Below are positions 45,687-58,332 of a stretch of 58,332 nucleotides of DNA, piece after piece (the stretch's first letter is position 1; each line of letters opens with the position of its first letter). The notes beneath the pieces were generated by a model. The model made no database searches. It was not told the origin of the DNA and saw only the letters and a program-made list of their open reading frames with translations. Source of the stretch: Perkinsus olseni (Eukaryota). The stretch lies in assembly GCA_013115125.1 (NCBI GenBank), contig JABANN010000168.1, positions 1 to 58,332 on the forward strand, in the 5' to 3' direction. The translations under genes were made by a program, and so were the position numbers.

Positions 45687-47162
45687 ATGCGGCTGAGGGA
45701 CGGTGGAGCGATCTTGTCCACTTTCCGACTCGCCGAAAGCAGATGTGGTAAGCTCTCGGCCTTGACTAAGTCGCTGATTGTGAAAGGAATCTTTCAGGTC
45801 GCTTGAGTGCCGACCTTGCCCGTGGACAAATCCCAACGGTGATAAGCAGGATACGGGCGGACCCTATTTCCCCAGTAGAGGGAATCAAGGAGGTTAGAGT
45901 CCCCTAGGGAGGGAGAGAGGGTTGATGAGTTCTAGTAGGTGGAGCGGCTGCTGGACGAAGCGTACACGAAGGCCTGCGGGAAGAATCATCGGGTCTTCGG
46001 TGACGTCCAAGTCGGGTAGGGCTGTCGGGCGTCCATGGCGAATTTCATGGCGCAGTGACAGGTCAAGGGAGTACAACCGCGTGTGGAGGTCGCAAGGGTT
46101 CTCTCCGACCTATGGAGAGATCACCTCCACTGGTGTGGCCTACCTTTTCGGTGCCATGCTGCCCCCTAGGGAAGAGGAGCACTTCGTTGACTTGGGGTCG
46201 GGTAATATCGCGACCACCGCCTTGGGAGCCCACTGGGGCTCTGTCAGGAATGGGAAGACTGTGCCTCCAAGCTTGGCTGCAGTTCGGCCATCAGCTGGCT
46301 TCTGTTACGGGAGTTGAGCTCAGTAGGGTGAGGCACAGCAGAGCCGTTGCCGCCTCCTTGGAGCTGGTCAAAACGGAAAGTATCCGAGGTCGATGGATGC
46401 TCGAGAGCGGTCCAGTGGTAGTACTGGTGGCCAGTGAACTGCCGTGAGGAGTCCTGTCAGAATTTGGTGGTAGGGGACATGCTCAGACTGCCCCTGCACG
46501 ACAAGACCTTTATCTATTGCGCGAACCTGACCTTTAGTGCTGAGGTAGGGCCTAAAGAGGCGATCTCGCCGGTGACCGGCTTCGACCTAAGATACTCCAA
46601 CGGCTGACTAGGAAGATCTTACGGGAGTCTCCCATCGGGACGAGGGTCGTCTCGATGCGTTCGTTGATTGACAGTGCCGTCGTGCAGCCGATGGAGTGCC
46701 CGTTGGCCCCTCGAGGTAGGGCTTTCCCTCCTCATTGATCTGAGATTAGCTTTAGGGATTCCCCAGCCACCACCTTCACCCAAGCTAGCATCGCGGATGC
46801 CGTACGATGATGAGTGTGACGATTTGCCTTTCATGCCGGCCCCTCCTATGCCGTCTGGCCCTGAGTAGTTTCGGGTTTTTGTGATAGGGTTTGGAGGTCA
46901 TCTCGCCAGGTTCGATGATGACATTGATGTACACTCGGATGAGCCCAAGGTGGCGTCTCGATCATTCCCGCGGACTCGATCGCGCAGGAGGGCTCTCGGG
47001 AATCCTCGACTTTATCTGCCGAGACTCGGCCGACGAAGGGCCGACGATCCGCCGGACACTGATGGAAAAGTGTTGAAGTTAGTTGACCACTTGGACCTTC
47101 CGATGACCTGGAGCAGCCATACTCCCCTTTATGTCTATGAGGTTACCATGGACCCCCTATAA
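45687..47162 (+). CDS. DOT1-like class I methyltransferase, multi-exon; start approximate
   Basis: TYGEIT, FVDLGSG/MGRLCLQA, GVELSRVRH, IYCANLTF, GTRVVSMRSL and terminal MTWS...LYVYE motifs. Confidence 0.75.
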
Positions 47163-47289
47163 TTCACACAGAAGTAATTCATACCAAGTCGTTTCCGTAA
47201 CGGTTTCGGAGCCGAGGCTGTTGGGTTGGGTGGGATCGGGCTGGCCTTGGCATGAGCACTCACCTTCTTTTGAGTTGGATCGCTTCGCT

Positions 47290-48684
47290 ATGCCACCGCA
47301 AGTCCTACTAGAGCCGCAGGGCCGGGAAGGAGGCCTCTTCGTGGACTGCCGAGACATATTCCGGGCAGAGACAGGCCTGGTGGGTGTTGCTAGGGAGAGG
47401 TAGTAGCAGCAGCTTTGCACTTCTCTTGGGTCGGTGGCGTGTGCGCTTCGCTCTTGTTTGTCGAAAAAGTTGGTATGCTGGTTTTTCACTTAAGGTTTGG
47501 CATCCCGGAAGATGTTGATTTCGAGCTCCGTTACGGAGGGTTCTGCGTTGGGACCCCTGTGGTAGGTCATGCTTCTGGCGTATCTTTCACCCGTGCATAT
47601 TATGGGTTAGGTTACCGTTGCTTTCGGATTGGGATTGGCGGGCGGAAAGGGAGGCTTTGGTTCTTTACTTCGAGGCCAGAAAGGACGTAAGTTATCTATG
47701 CTGAGGATTTCCAGCGCTGGTCGTATGGCGGTTCGAAATGATGTTGTTGTAAATCTCGTATTGGGTACGCGACCCGAGGCGCCGTCTCGGCTATCGCCAT
47801 CGCGCTCAACTGGAACTTATGCGGTGATTTCGGTAGAATAATTACGGCTCTATCCGCAGGCGGTAAGAAGACTACTAACTTCGATGCCTGTCGAGACCTT
47901 GATGGACGTCGGATACGCCACTCGAGAATGACGGAGAGAATACAGGAGTTCGAGGAGGGGCAAAGAGAGGAAGATGAGCTGGTAGTAGGAGTCATCGTTT
48001 GCTGGGCCTTATTCGCTAATGTCGTCCCTGAAGGATCGGGGCAAAGCATTGAAGTGCGTCGCATAGTTCTGACCCAAGGCTTGGTATTGGCAGTCTGCTG
48101 ATGCTGTTGGCGTTGTCAGGTTGCGGCCCTGAAGGGTCCCGAGGAGGATAATGCCACCAAGGCTACTCGAAAAGCAGTAGAGAAGGAGGTGAAGCTGGAT
48201 AAGGAGTAATCAACCAACGCAGTCGACGTTATTCGATACCGAACTTGATGGTATCAGGTACACCAAGGCGTTGAAGGAGTCGGGAAGGGACCGATCGGAC
48301 CTCATCCGGAAGGGCCTCAAGAACAGTGGTCTGACACCCTCCGAGGCGATAGCTGGGGTGCTGTCTTCCTCTTCCAGTAGTAATAACGGCTGGTCCAGTA
48401 GTGGACCTAGTGAAGGACTGACTGTGGCATACTCTGATAGGCTCCTTCGCTCCCTGCTCGAGTCCGAACGCACTGACAGGTTCATTGTGGACTCAGGTTC
48501 TAGCAGTACCTCCTCCAGTAGGCCTAAGAGGGCTGTGGACGAGGAGGGCGATGGCGAGGAAGCCCCGGTCAAGAAAGCGGCCAAGAAAGACAGTATGTCG
48601 AGGTTTGATGCCATGCTGGGCCTCGGTAGCAGCGATGAGAGCTCCGACGACGATGATGAGGAGGAAGAGAGGAAGAGCGGTTAG
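47290..48684 (+). CDS. SDE2: SDE2 (ubiquitin-fold-activated splicing/replication-stress regulator), multi-exon
   Basis: Cleavage signature LAGG^KGGFGSLLRGQ followed by KKTTNFDACRDLDGRRIRH; acidic tail. Confidence 0.88.
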
Positions 48685-48811
48685 GAGTTGACTAGGAAGA
48701 CTACCCTGTACTATAATGAACGTTGGCAAAAGTCAGAGACTTTGGTATATTAGACGCCCTTCCTTTCGGGTAGTGTTGTTAATGCCACGCAAAGGTCAGC
48801 TCTGTTGCCAG

Positions 48812-51329
48812 ATGTACTTATCTCAACCCCGTCTTGATGTGCCAGTGCCGACAGACAGTCGCCGGTTGTCCACCCCAGCGCACGGCGGCTCGACGGCCAT
48901 GGCTCAACGGAGGAGAGGGATCCGTCTGCCTGATGCGGGAGGTCTGCAGGCGGGAGGGAAGTCCTTCGCGGCCTCGAACGCCGTGCTGGAGCAATCTATT
49001 GCTATGCGAAGGAAGCTGCTAAGTGACAGTGGAGGGGCGGCGCAGGCTGAGTTCTCTCGGGAGTGTCGGATAGGCCTTCGCAGTGCCATACCGGACATGG
49101 TGGACTACCTCTGCAACAGCATAGACTTTGAGGATGAGGCTGACATCAAACGGGAGATCAGCAGGGGCTTGGAGGAGATGGTCGATAAGACCATCAGGGC
49201 GGGTTGGTCGAAAGTGGGGGAAGATTTGGAACGCTTGCACCACTTAGAGAGGAAAACTGCAAGTCTGGAAAAGCATCTCACGGAGTCCCAAAAGGCCTAC
49301 TTGCTGGAGGTGGTTGAGATGAGGCAGCAGCTGAGGCGGAATAGCCTTTTGGTTGACGAGGAGGCCGTCGTCGTGTACCCGGAGGATATTGCCAAGATCT
49401 GGTTCGACCCGCTCAATCACGGTGAAGCCATCCTGTGCTATCTCGATGGTCTTGCGAGTATCTCCTTTGTAGGTCTGGACTTTCCTGAGATCAGACCAGG
49501 GCGATCGGGCTCGGATGAGCTGCAACAGGTCCGAGAGGAAACAACTCAGGTAGGAGACTCTCGCCCGTCCCAGAGATGTGCTTGCCGTTCTCCTAGAGTT
49601 TGAAGGAGCTTGTCCGTCTGACGGTGGAGGAACGGCTGCGTATAATACTGTCGGACCCGAGCATGATTGTGCGGAAGCTGAGGGAGATGGGGGTAAGCTT
49701 CTACCGAGTACACCACTCTATCACTGCCATCAAGGGAGAGGCAGAGGCTTGTCTTGGCTGTGTTAGAATCTATCAGCATTGATTACTATCCTAACTGCGG
49801 ATGATGATGGGTTCGGATACGGTGATGATACTTGGAGGTAGTAGTATGGAAGCGGGAGGCTCGCCGCCGCGAAGCTTCGGTTTAGGTCGATTGGCGGGGG
49901 AAATGTTTTTTCTTGTTAGGCTGGGTTTGCGCACACCCAAGGGTGAGGGCTGTTCTGAGGCGCTGTGCGAGGCAGTGCAGACTGAGGTGGTCGAGGAGGA
50001 CGAGAAGAGAGAGCAGGAGGAGGAACGGTACCAGAGGCCGAGAAGGGGCTCCGAAGACTCTCAGCTGGAGAGCAGTCCGCTTGTCCGTCAGGACGAAGGT
50101 GAGTTCGGCCATCGGTGTTTTGGGGACAAGAGAGACCAGAAGGGGTTTCCCGTTTCTCAGTTGAATCAACATCACCGAGCCCTGCGGGCCTCACCATCCG
50201 GCGTGAGTTGCAGCGTGTCGAGCTGAAGTTGGAGGAAGCACAGAAGGAGGCCTCGGTGCAGAAGAAAGCGGCTGAGGACTCCAAGGCTGAGTTGGAGGTG
50301 CTGGGAGCTCGGGTAGTAGCTTAGGAGACGGGTGGCCTGCCAAAGGATCCGTGCCAGTTTGGTGCGGCCAAAGCGCGAATCCATGAGCTTGAGAAGGGCT
50401 TGGTTGTGGAGGGAAAAGGGAGAGCCCCTGTCTCTGCGGCTTCGCCGGTGGCTGTCGAGGGTGTCCGGCCCAAGGCCAAAACATCGTCTGAAGCGGCTGA
50501 AGCTGCGTGAGTCTGAATGCTGTTCTTGTGGAGTCATTGATCGACTGCCCCTCAGGCAACCTCGTCGGGCCTCGAAAGCGGATCGTAGCGAGGGTAGACC
50601 ATCGATAGAGAAACTGGCGCTCAAGGAGGAGGTACGACTGAACTTTGAGGGGGCTGCCTTGACGAGCCGCTTTCCAGGTCGAAAGGCTACGGTATCGCCT
50701 CAAGATCACCGAGGATCTGAACGCTGTGATGGAGTCCGAAATACTAAACAGGAGCGTGGAGAAGCCGTCTTCCGTCGATCAATCCCAGGTGTTACTGAAA
50801 CGGTCCTCAACTTGGGCTGGTCGATTCGAGACCCATCAGGTGCATGGCCCTGATGGATTCTTGCCCTATCTGAAGAAGCGGAGTAGGAGGGCATCGGCAC
50901 CAGTGCAGCATACTAAGAGGGATTCCTGCACGCCTGAGTTGGACTGGCAGAAGGTGTGGCTCAGACTCTACCTGGATGCATTCAGGAGGGTGAGACTGCA
51001 CCTGCCGTACCAGTCTGCGATGTTCTGTGGCAGATAAAAGATCTCGACTCCTTGAGGGTGAAGCAGCTCCTGATGAACAAGGATAAGTTCTTGGAGGTGG
51101 GTGGGATCCTCGTCGAGGCGAATCCATCAATGGCCTCCCGCAGATGATGCGGTCACGAAGAGAGGACGCCTTCGATGGCCATTTCGACTTCCCGGGCGAA
51201 CCGGACGATGACAGTGCTTTCCTGAGCAGCTCTTTTGCGCCCTTCCGATCCACGTTGTCCGATCTTTGGACGATAGACTCGTGGTTTGAGTCGAGGCAGA
51301 GTACGAGAGCGGACAAATCGCGGAAGTAA
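48812..51329 (+). CDS. Hypothetical coiled-coil protein, multi-exon
   Basis: Long exon frames with heptad-rich segments (LERKTASLEKHLTESQKAYLLEV; ELQRVELKLEEAQKE) joined by GT-AG introns; no family recognised. Confidence 0.5.
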
Positions 51330-51359
51330 GGATGAGGGTAGGTTTGTTGTTGTGCAAAA

Positions 51360-51432
51360 TACCCTACCCGGGGATCGAACCCGGAATCTCCACCTTAGGA
51401 GGGTGGCGCCTTATCCATTGGGCCAGCAGGGC
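51360..51432 (-). tRNA. tRNA-Arg (anticodon CCU)
   Basis: Reverse complement GCCCTGCTGGCCCAATGGATAAGGCGCCACC-CTCCTAA-GGTGGAGATTCCGGGTTCGATCCCCGGGTAGGGTA: 73-nt cloverleaf with TGG D-loop, GTTCGA T-loop and a 7-nt anticodon loop. Confidence 0.95.
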
Positions 51433-51884
51433 GCTTACTAGTGTGTCATTTGGCATATACCCACTCATAGAATTTTACTCTCAGTCGCTCTCGACCGGCC
51501 TCAAGATGGCCATCCGAGAGCCAGAATAGTCACACGAGCCTCGAAGAAGGGGCTCAATTCATAGTCACCAACAGTCGCCCCACGTCAGACCAGCTGCTTA
51601 CGCGAGCTAAGACCGAAGGTAAGCACCCGACCGTCTTACAGCACACATAACCGTATCTCAGGAGACTTATGGAACCTCCAAACGGCAGCTCCCGCTGCTA
51701 TGGCTTACCGCCAAGGGCAGTCTCGGCGGCCCCGCAGGGTGTTAATATCGCCACATGGAACCTCATGAGGTCGGCATCCGACCGCCCCACTCGGTGTGCT
51801 CCGGGACTCCGTGGTGTTGCGTCTTCTGGCTTGTCGGCTCAACAGTAGAGGTTGTCTCGAGTCAGTTGTCTATGTTCAATCGGT

Positions 51885-52447
51885 ATGGACGATGAGGGTC
51901 TCCGCGCGGTTTTCTCCAGCACTGCGCATATTCTTCGATCACATAAGGAGGCAGCGCGTCAACTCGACAGCGTTGCTGTTGTCCTTGGGAGGAAGTTGCG
52001 GGAAGCTAGTCGAAGGAATAATGATTTGGTAAGATAAGATATGAGCTTGGAAGTTTAATCTCTGCGGTCTCAGGCGATGTTGTCGAGGAAGCACGCCAGT
52101 CGGGTGCGAGTGCTGCCCCAAGCTCAGCCGATCGTGAAGGACGTCAAGTCTTGTACAAGGACTTTGCCAAAGGTGTCATGCGATACGAGAGAACTTGAAC
52201 GAATATACGGCAAAGGCACGTCGAATCGCGCGTGGAAGGTTGAACAGCGACGGGAGGTTCGGCAAAGGTAATCGCGACTTGTTGACTGAATAACACGGGC
52301 CTTCTTGATTTCAGACTGAAGACGCCGGTGCCCGGGCGCTGTGATCTCGAGGCCGGGTTGGTAGATTTACAGCGCCGCTACCATCGCATAGTAGGGAGTA
52401 ATGGCCCTCATGGGTCTAGCACCCATAGACCTGATACAGCACCTTGA
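51885..52447 (+). CDS. Hypothetical protein, 3 exons
   Basis: MDDEGLRAVF.../AMLSRKH.../LKTPVPG...DTAP* joined in frame through GT-AG introns. Confidence 0.35.
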
Positions 52448-52635
52448 GGCTGCTGCTATGCCCCTCTCATCGTTGAGCCTGTAAGTTCCAGTGAGGGCGC
52501 CGTCAGGACCCAGCATGTGACCACCGATGTTGCTGCGTCCAGCCATGTGTTCCTCCGCTGTCCTGATGCTCTCCGGGCGCTGTGTTGGGGCGGCTGCTGG
52601 GCTATGACGGTCCTGGGTAGTATATTACCACTTCA

Positions 52636-55414
52636 ATGACTCGTCCAGAAGATACCGAGGGCCCGGCTGGATACGGCAGACCGTGCAAAGCAGGTGGGAC
52701 TGAGCCTTCTCGACTGTCGCCCTCCACGACCGCCTTATCAGTGTCTTTCTGCCTACTACACCCGGAGTGTAAAGGACGTATACTGCCCAGTGCCAGCGGG
52801 AAGTCGGTGCTCATCGACAACGCTGCCATCGGGGGAGACGTCATCTTCGACTCGGTGATGAAAGGCGGCAAACCGCAGGACGAATTATTTGAGATAATTT
52901 GCAAGGTGAGGACCCAGCGCCTCTTCCAGTCTTGAATTGAGTCCCTCCGTCAGCCGTACCTAAGGACCCTTCTTGTTGACAAGCGCGGGAGCAGCAGCGG
53001 TCTACTTGTGCTGGCTGCTGGGCCTTCGGGGGCCGGCAAGACCTTCTGCGTTACTGGCGGCGCTACAAAATTCTCCGACCGCGGTTTGATACCTCGAACG
53101 TTGACTCACTTGTTCGACCACAAGGCCAACTCGATGAGGGTGGAGATATCATTTTACGAGATATACAAGGAGGAAGTCATTGACCTCCTGTCCCCGGAGG
53201 CGAAGATCTCCCACAGCGACGACCTGACGAGGATGCAGGTGGAGAACGAGTCGGGGGCCTACCAAGCTCTGTTCACTGGCGACAGCAATCGCCACTTCGA
53301 GAAGATGACGCAGAACGCGGAGGCTAGCCGCGGCCATGCAGTCTTCGAGGTCCTGATCAACGGCCAGGACAAAGTAGCATGAAGGGAAGTGGAGTGCTCG
53401 GGGGACTTTTGGTTTCAGATAACCTTCGTCGACTTGGCGGTTCATGTGCCCAATTGCCGCACCTCCACGAGCCGGCTGAATAAGAAGTCCCAAGACGCGT
53501 TGAGGAATGTGATTCACTCGATGGCTCAGCAGGAGAAGTGGCGCAGCAGCCACGGCCGAGACTCTTCGCACTCTCAGTCTCCGGCATTCCGTCAGAGTAT
53601 GCTCACGCTGGTCTTGAAGTAGGAGTAGTGCTGCTTCGTCCGTGCGCCGGCGTCCAGTTCAACCGCTCAGGCCGTACTTGCAGTCTGTCCAGCACGGGCT
53701 CATCGACAGCGTACTCCTCACGTGTCTGGGTCCCGGTGGGCCTTCGTCTTCCAGAGGGTGGAGTGATGGAGCGAAGGCGGACAACCAGCAGTGGACTCGG
53801 TAAGGCCAAGTTGGGCCGAGGTTATGGTACGGAGAACCTGTAGGTTCGCGGAGTCGTGGTGGCGAGCCTTCCACAGACGGAAGCCTGTGCCCCCGTCGAA
53901 GGCGGCGGGCAGTCGGAGATCTCCGGTGCGAGGCCATGAGAAGGAAGAGCGGCAAGCTGTGGACGTGTCAACGGACGTAGGGGTTGAACGTGGTGAGAGG
54001 GGGGTCGAGGGCTGTTCGTGCTGCAGGACATCGACTGGAGCGAGGAGCCTACCATACCTGCCGTGCCACCGATACAACTGGCAGCAGCTCAGCACATCGG
54101 GAGCATGATAGCCGGCACGACGTCGTCGAGCTCAGTGAAGGGGACGGCCTGGCACAGCAGCAGCAAGCCGCCGGTGCATCCTGTGGCGACCCGCCAGGAC
54201 GCCAATGTGGATGAGGTGAGGACCGGCATGGTGGGCCTGGTGTTGTGGACTGCTGGTTCAGGAGCCCCTTATGAACAAGTCGATCTCGAGCTCCGTAACA
54301 GGGGCGTTCTCGAGGGCAGAGAGCCCCGCTGCGTCGCTCCGTCGTTCCTTCTCCGCTGTGAGCGGTATGAAAATGTCGTCGGCGAAGACCGGTGCGGCTC
54401 AGCTATCGACCTCCCAGCCGCTCACGGCTCTGCAAGCCTTCTCTATGGCATCAACACCAGTGGCTTTGACGCCTCAACAGGCGTACCGTACGCACGGTAA
54501 GTCTCGGCTTCCTTTGACCGTCTTCACTGTGCCCAACTCGGCAGGTCCATCAACGGTGGTGCCGGGTACTCCGCCCGTTATGTGGACCAGTCCGCCGATC
54601 GGTGCAAGGACTCCTATGGCAGCACCTGGCACGCCCCAGCAGATGGTCCGAACGCCGATGCTCCCGATGAGAGGGACGGTCGGGGCACCGATGCCTCTCA
54701 CGCCCCAGAGCCAGCTTCGGGAGGAGCTCATGCTCACGCCTCAGTCGCTGAGTCGGTACCGGCAGACTCTCCCTACTCGAACGTTGAACTCTGTGGAGAG
54801 TCATGCCAGGGTCCAGGTAAGATCGAGCGGCCTCGGGTTGCTAGGATGCTGACGGTGTTTTCAGACGGTGCAGCACACAAGCCCTACGGTCCTGTCCCAC
54901 CAAAGCCCTCCTCGACCGTCATCGAGTTCGCTGTCGAAGAGCCACTCAGTGAGCACTCTACCCGGGCGGAAAGTATCGACCGTGTCCAGCGTTACACCGG
55001 TGTACGCTACAAGGGCTCCCTCAACCGCGCAATCACCACAGGTTTACTATGAGTACGAAGCCCCGCCTCGGGTACGGCTCACCGAAGATAGTATTCAGGA
55101 TAATTCTTCGGTGCGTTCAGGTATCTTCTCAAACGGTTACCCATCAGTACGTGCAGGACCCCCGTGCGATGCCAGCAACTGCCTACGTGCAGGGGTTCAA
55201 CTACAGCGCCCATCCTGCTGGTGTCTCTTATGTGGGTCAACAAAGCCGTCCAATAGTCCACGCCTACGCTTCCAGCGGGTATCCTGCAGCCGGTCCGACC
55301 TACACCACTGTGTCCCGAGGTCCGGTGGCGGCGGGGCAGCTCCCGAGCCGAATGAGCGTGCTGACGAAGCAGCAGCCGCCCACTCGTCAGCTAATGCAGC
55401 CTTTGATAATCTAG
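52636..55414 (+). CDS. Divergent kinesin-9 (KIF6/KIF9)-like protein with a Ser/Pro/Thr-rich tail, multi-exon
   Basis: P-loop GPSGAGKTFCVTGGATKFSDRGLIPRTL (kinesin-9-like), ISFYEIYKEEVIDLL, NAEASRGHAVF, TFVDLA and FRQSMLTLVLK. Confidence 0.85.
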
Positions 55415-55868
55415 CAACGATGATAATAATGATGACGTTGTCGGGTAGAATTAATGTTCCACCGCCATGATGATTGTTGTTGATGACCTCTCGCAAGGCC
55501 GGGCAGGTGATTGCCTCAGTGCCGAGCGGACGGCGACGCGAGAAGTTGCCATGAGAAGCGACCATCACGTGGTGTTTGGTTGAGTCGGGTAGTGGTGGCA
55601 CCTCCGAAGCATCTTGCGCTGAACTCAGCTGCTCTCGCGTTGTGTGAGACTGTCCCTTCTCGAAAGAACCTCAAAATCACTTTCATCTCTTACGCGAACC
55701 CACAATTCGACGGCAAGTGTTACCGTATCTGCCTGTCGAGGCTAGCCATGGCGAAAGCTGAGCTAGGAGTGGTCGTGGGCCCCCCACACAGTCGCGCAGC
55801 AGAGCTGGGTGCACGCGAGACTGACTCATGTCGCAGCTTCTCTCGGTATAATCTTCCCTCTCCGAAGA

Positions 55869-56775
55869 ATGCGTGGATACTTCGTGCTGTCATCGCTTAT
55901 CGGTCTGGCTGCAGTGGCACAGCCCTCCATGGAGGGCGCGGATGTGACCGCTGACTTCGCCCTGGACATGCCCGCCGCTCAGAGGACCAAGTTCGATGCT
56001 GAAACGGTAGCGCTACACCAGCTCCGACTACAACTTGTATGGTGCTGCTTCAGATTGCCAACGTGTCCGAGCTCGAGAAGGACATAATAGATGAAGCTGA
56101 TTCCATCTGGTCCTGGATGCGTCAGGTCATCGCCTCGCCGTTGTCCACCGGCGACTACGCCTGTCTGACTATGAAGGCCCATGGGGGAAAGAGGCGCCTG
56201 AGGCAGACCATTCAAATTGGCTACTGTGAGCCGCTCGGAACGAATATGTAACGACGAATCTTTAGGGAGATTGATTCTTTGCCGAGAAGTATCGCATCAG
56301 GTCGTTCGAGGTGTCCATAGGGCATGTGACCAAGAGTCTGCACTTACCTGAGTGGCTCGACCCCAGTGGCGGCTCTATCACATTCCCCAAGTTCTTCTCC
56401 CAAGTGTAGGGAATAGCACACTGATGTAGGTTGATGATGGTATGCCTTAGGTACGATGATACTCAGTGCACCGTTAACAGCACCATCGCTGATGCTGGCC
56501 TGGCTTCCCTACCGGACGTTCACCACATTCACATCGGGAATGGGAAATGTGTGGTGAAGATCGAGGAGGAGCCCTTACCGACTCTTCCTCCCACCGCGGA
56601 GGAGACCACTACCACTCCTTCCCCAACTCAGACCACTACCACCCCTTCCCCAACTCAGACTTCTACCACTCCGGCTCCATCGGAGACCCCTACTCCCACG
56701 ATCCAGAGCGATACTCCTGTCCCTTCAGCGGCTGAGCCCGAGATAGACGTGAGTGCGGATGTGACAGTGAACTAA
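55869..56775 (+). CDS. Lineage-specific secreted protein with a Thr/Pro mucin-like tail, multi-exon
   Basis: Signal peptide MRGYFVLSSLIGLAAVA; TADFALD and YCEPLGT motifs shared with the next gene; TTTTPSPTQ repeats. Confidence 0.7.
56605..56680 (+). repeat. 27-bp coding tandem repeat (TTTTPSPTQ), ~2.7 copies
   Basis: ACCACTACCACYCCTTCCCCAACTCAG units. Confidence 0.85.
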
Positions 56776-57392
56776 GCTAATGGCTGTCATGGCATCTTGT
56801 AAGAAGGTGTTGTCCCGTGCTGTTAAACAAGTTCTATTTTTCGTTCGAAGATTTCCCATTCTGGAACAGAGAGAATACTTGCGTTGTAAGCGATTCAGTG
56901 TTGCGGTCTTAGAGGAACTTAGGAGGCTGATCTTTGCCTCATCGGATTCCCCAAACCCAGTCGATGGCATAGACGAGAGAATTCTGAGCATCTTATCCGG
57001 TGAAAAATGATCACCCCGCCACTGAGCGTCCGACCCCTCCCCCTCTTCCCGTAAGGTTGAGTCTGACTGCAAAGATTGGAGGTCGATTGAAAGGTCTATG
57101 TACCCCTTGGGATTCTGGGGAGCGCGGACCCGAACTTGTGTAGGGGCGAATCATCAACGGAACTTCTGCTCCGGGCCGGAGGATCCTTTACCGCGCACCG
57201 CAAAGCGAAGATACTGGTCAGCGGCGCTGACTCAGCGCTCGCCTCTGCTAATAAGAAACGGTCAAGCTGCTCCCGACTGTCATTAGACTAGTCGCCATAA
57301 CTAAATCACTCCTCGCATCTCCTGGGTAATGAGCTCCGGGAGATCGTTCAGGCCATGTTCCGGATAGCTCGTTTTGTGTTGAGACTTTTACT

Positions 57393-58332
57393 ATGACGGT
57401 GTCCCGTGTTTGGTATTCCCTGGCTTCCTTCGTGGCCGTCGTCGCCTACGACATGACTGCTGATTTCGCTCTTGACGTACACGACTCGATCAAGGAAAAG
57501 TTCAGCGAGGCAGCTGTGAGTCTCTTAATACGTCCTGCAGCAGGGCTCCGTACTTCGGTTCATATACACGCTGCTTTTTCAGAGGGAGTCAATGCTGGAG
57601 GTTCAGAAGCATCTGAGAGAAGTCCTGTCCCCTCTTCATCACATGGTCATCCCGGCTCCTGTTGCCTCTGGCGATCCGGTCTGCGTTGAGCTGAAGGACG
57701 CTGAAGGCGACGTCGTCCTGACTCAGTCGGCCCAAATCGATTATTGCGAACCATATGGAACTGATATGTGAGTTTGTGCTCGACCTCGCCTTGCCGCGCT
57801 CAACAAGGAGTCCGTGTCGTTGAGGAATTGTGTCATGATCCCTCAGGTCGTTCGTAGTGAAGATCGGCTCTGTAACGAAGACCCTCAACTTGCCTCCTTT
57901 CATCGACCCTACTGGAGGTTCTATCACTGTTCCTCGCTTCTTCTCCCACCTGTAAGTCACACGGTTGTGCGGGCGATTTCCAAGCAACTATTTCATCATA
58001 GTCGTTTACTCGCTGGCTCAGGTATAACGGCACCGACTGCGATGTGAGCAAGAAACTAGATGGTGGTCTCGCTGGAATCACGGAGGTGATTTCGGTGCAC
58101 GTGGAGAAGGATGTGTGCCCTGGCGATGACCCCGCGGTCCTCTGGCCCGCCGTGAAGACCACTAAGTCTAAGGAATCTCTACCGAAGCAGAAGGCTGAGT
58201 CCGCGGAGCCCGAGAAGGAAGAGGCCACGCCCGAGGGAGAAGAGGCCAAGCCCAAGAAGGAAGAGGCCAAGCCCAAGAAGGAAGAGGCCAAGCCCAAGAA
58301 GGAAGAGGCCAAGCTCAAGAAGGAAGAGGCCA
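57393..58332 (+). CDS. Paralogous secreted protein with a (KKEEAKP)n tail, incomplete at the window edge
   Basis: Signal peptide MTVSRVWYSLASFVAVVA; TADFALD and YCEPYGT motifs and intron positions matching the upstream gene. Confidence 0.7.
58212..58332 (+). repeat. 21-bp coding tandem repeat (KKEEAKP), at least 5 copies, running off the edge
   Basis: AAGAAGGAAGAGGCCAAGCCC units. Confidence 0.9.

Noticed and set aside
51360-51432. Frameshift-suppressor tRNA
   Set aside because: The anticodon loop is a normal 7 nt.

Overview
Gene-dense eukaryotic DNA with many short (~45-110 nt) GT-AG introns. Gene content and style suggest the alveolate parasite Perkinsus; this is inferred, not proven. Most entries in the supplied ORF track are exon fragments or antisense shadows. 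The first ~13 kb is rearranged and mobile-element rich. It holds a Gypsy-type integrase remnant, a decayed partial MSH2 duplicate, a papain-family protease, a 37-bp minisatellite, and a spliced MSH2 gene. That MSH2 appears to lack domain I and has two intronic insertions: a 587-bp hAT-type MITE with an 8-bp TSD, and a ~2-kb element with a decayed tyrosine-recombinase-like frame. The rest is tightly packed, mostly co-directional gene blocks: a WD40/aladin-like protein, an EDR2-C protein, RagA, a tandem CaiB CoA-transferase, a HAD phosphatase, UNC119, an ENT transporter, SET and METTL21-like methyltransferases, WRAP53/TCAB1, an AAA protein, VPS8, GT32-like and DOT1-like genes, SDE2, tRNA-Arg(CCU), a kinesin-9-like gene and two secreted paralogues. 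There are two top leads. (1) An intronless gene fuses HPR/OPR-like helical RNA-binding repeats to a C-terminal AID/APOBEC-like deaminase fold with degenerate catalytic residues, an architecture analogous to PPR-DYW editing factors. (2) The nucleoside transporter carries a pair of mutually exclusive 101-nt exons separated by only 20 nt. All homology calls are from motif recognition by eye; no searches were run.
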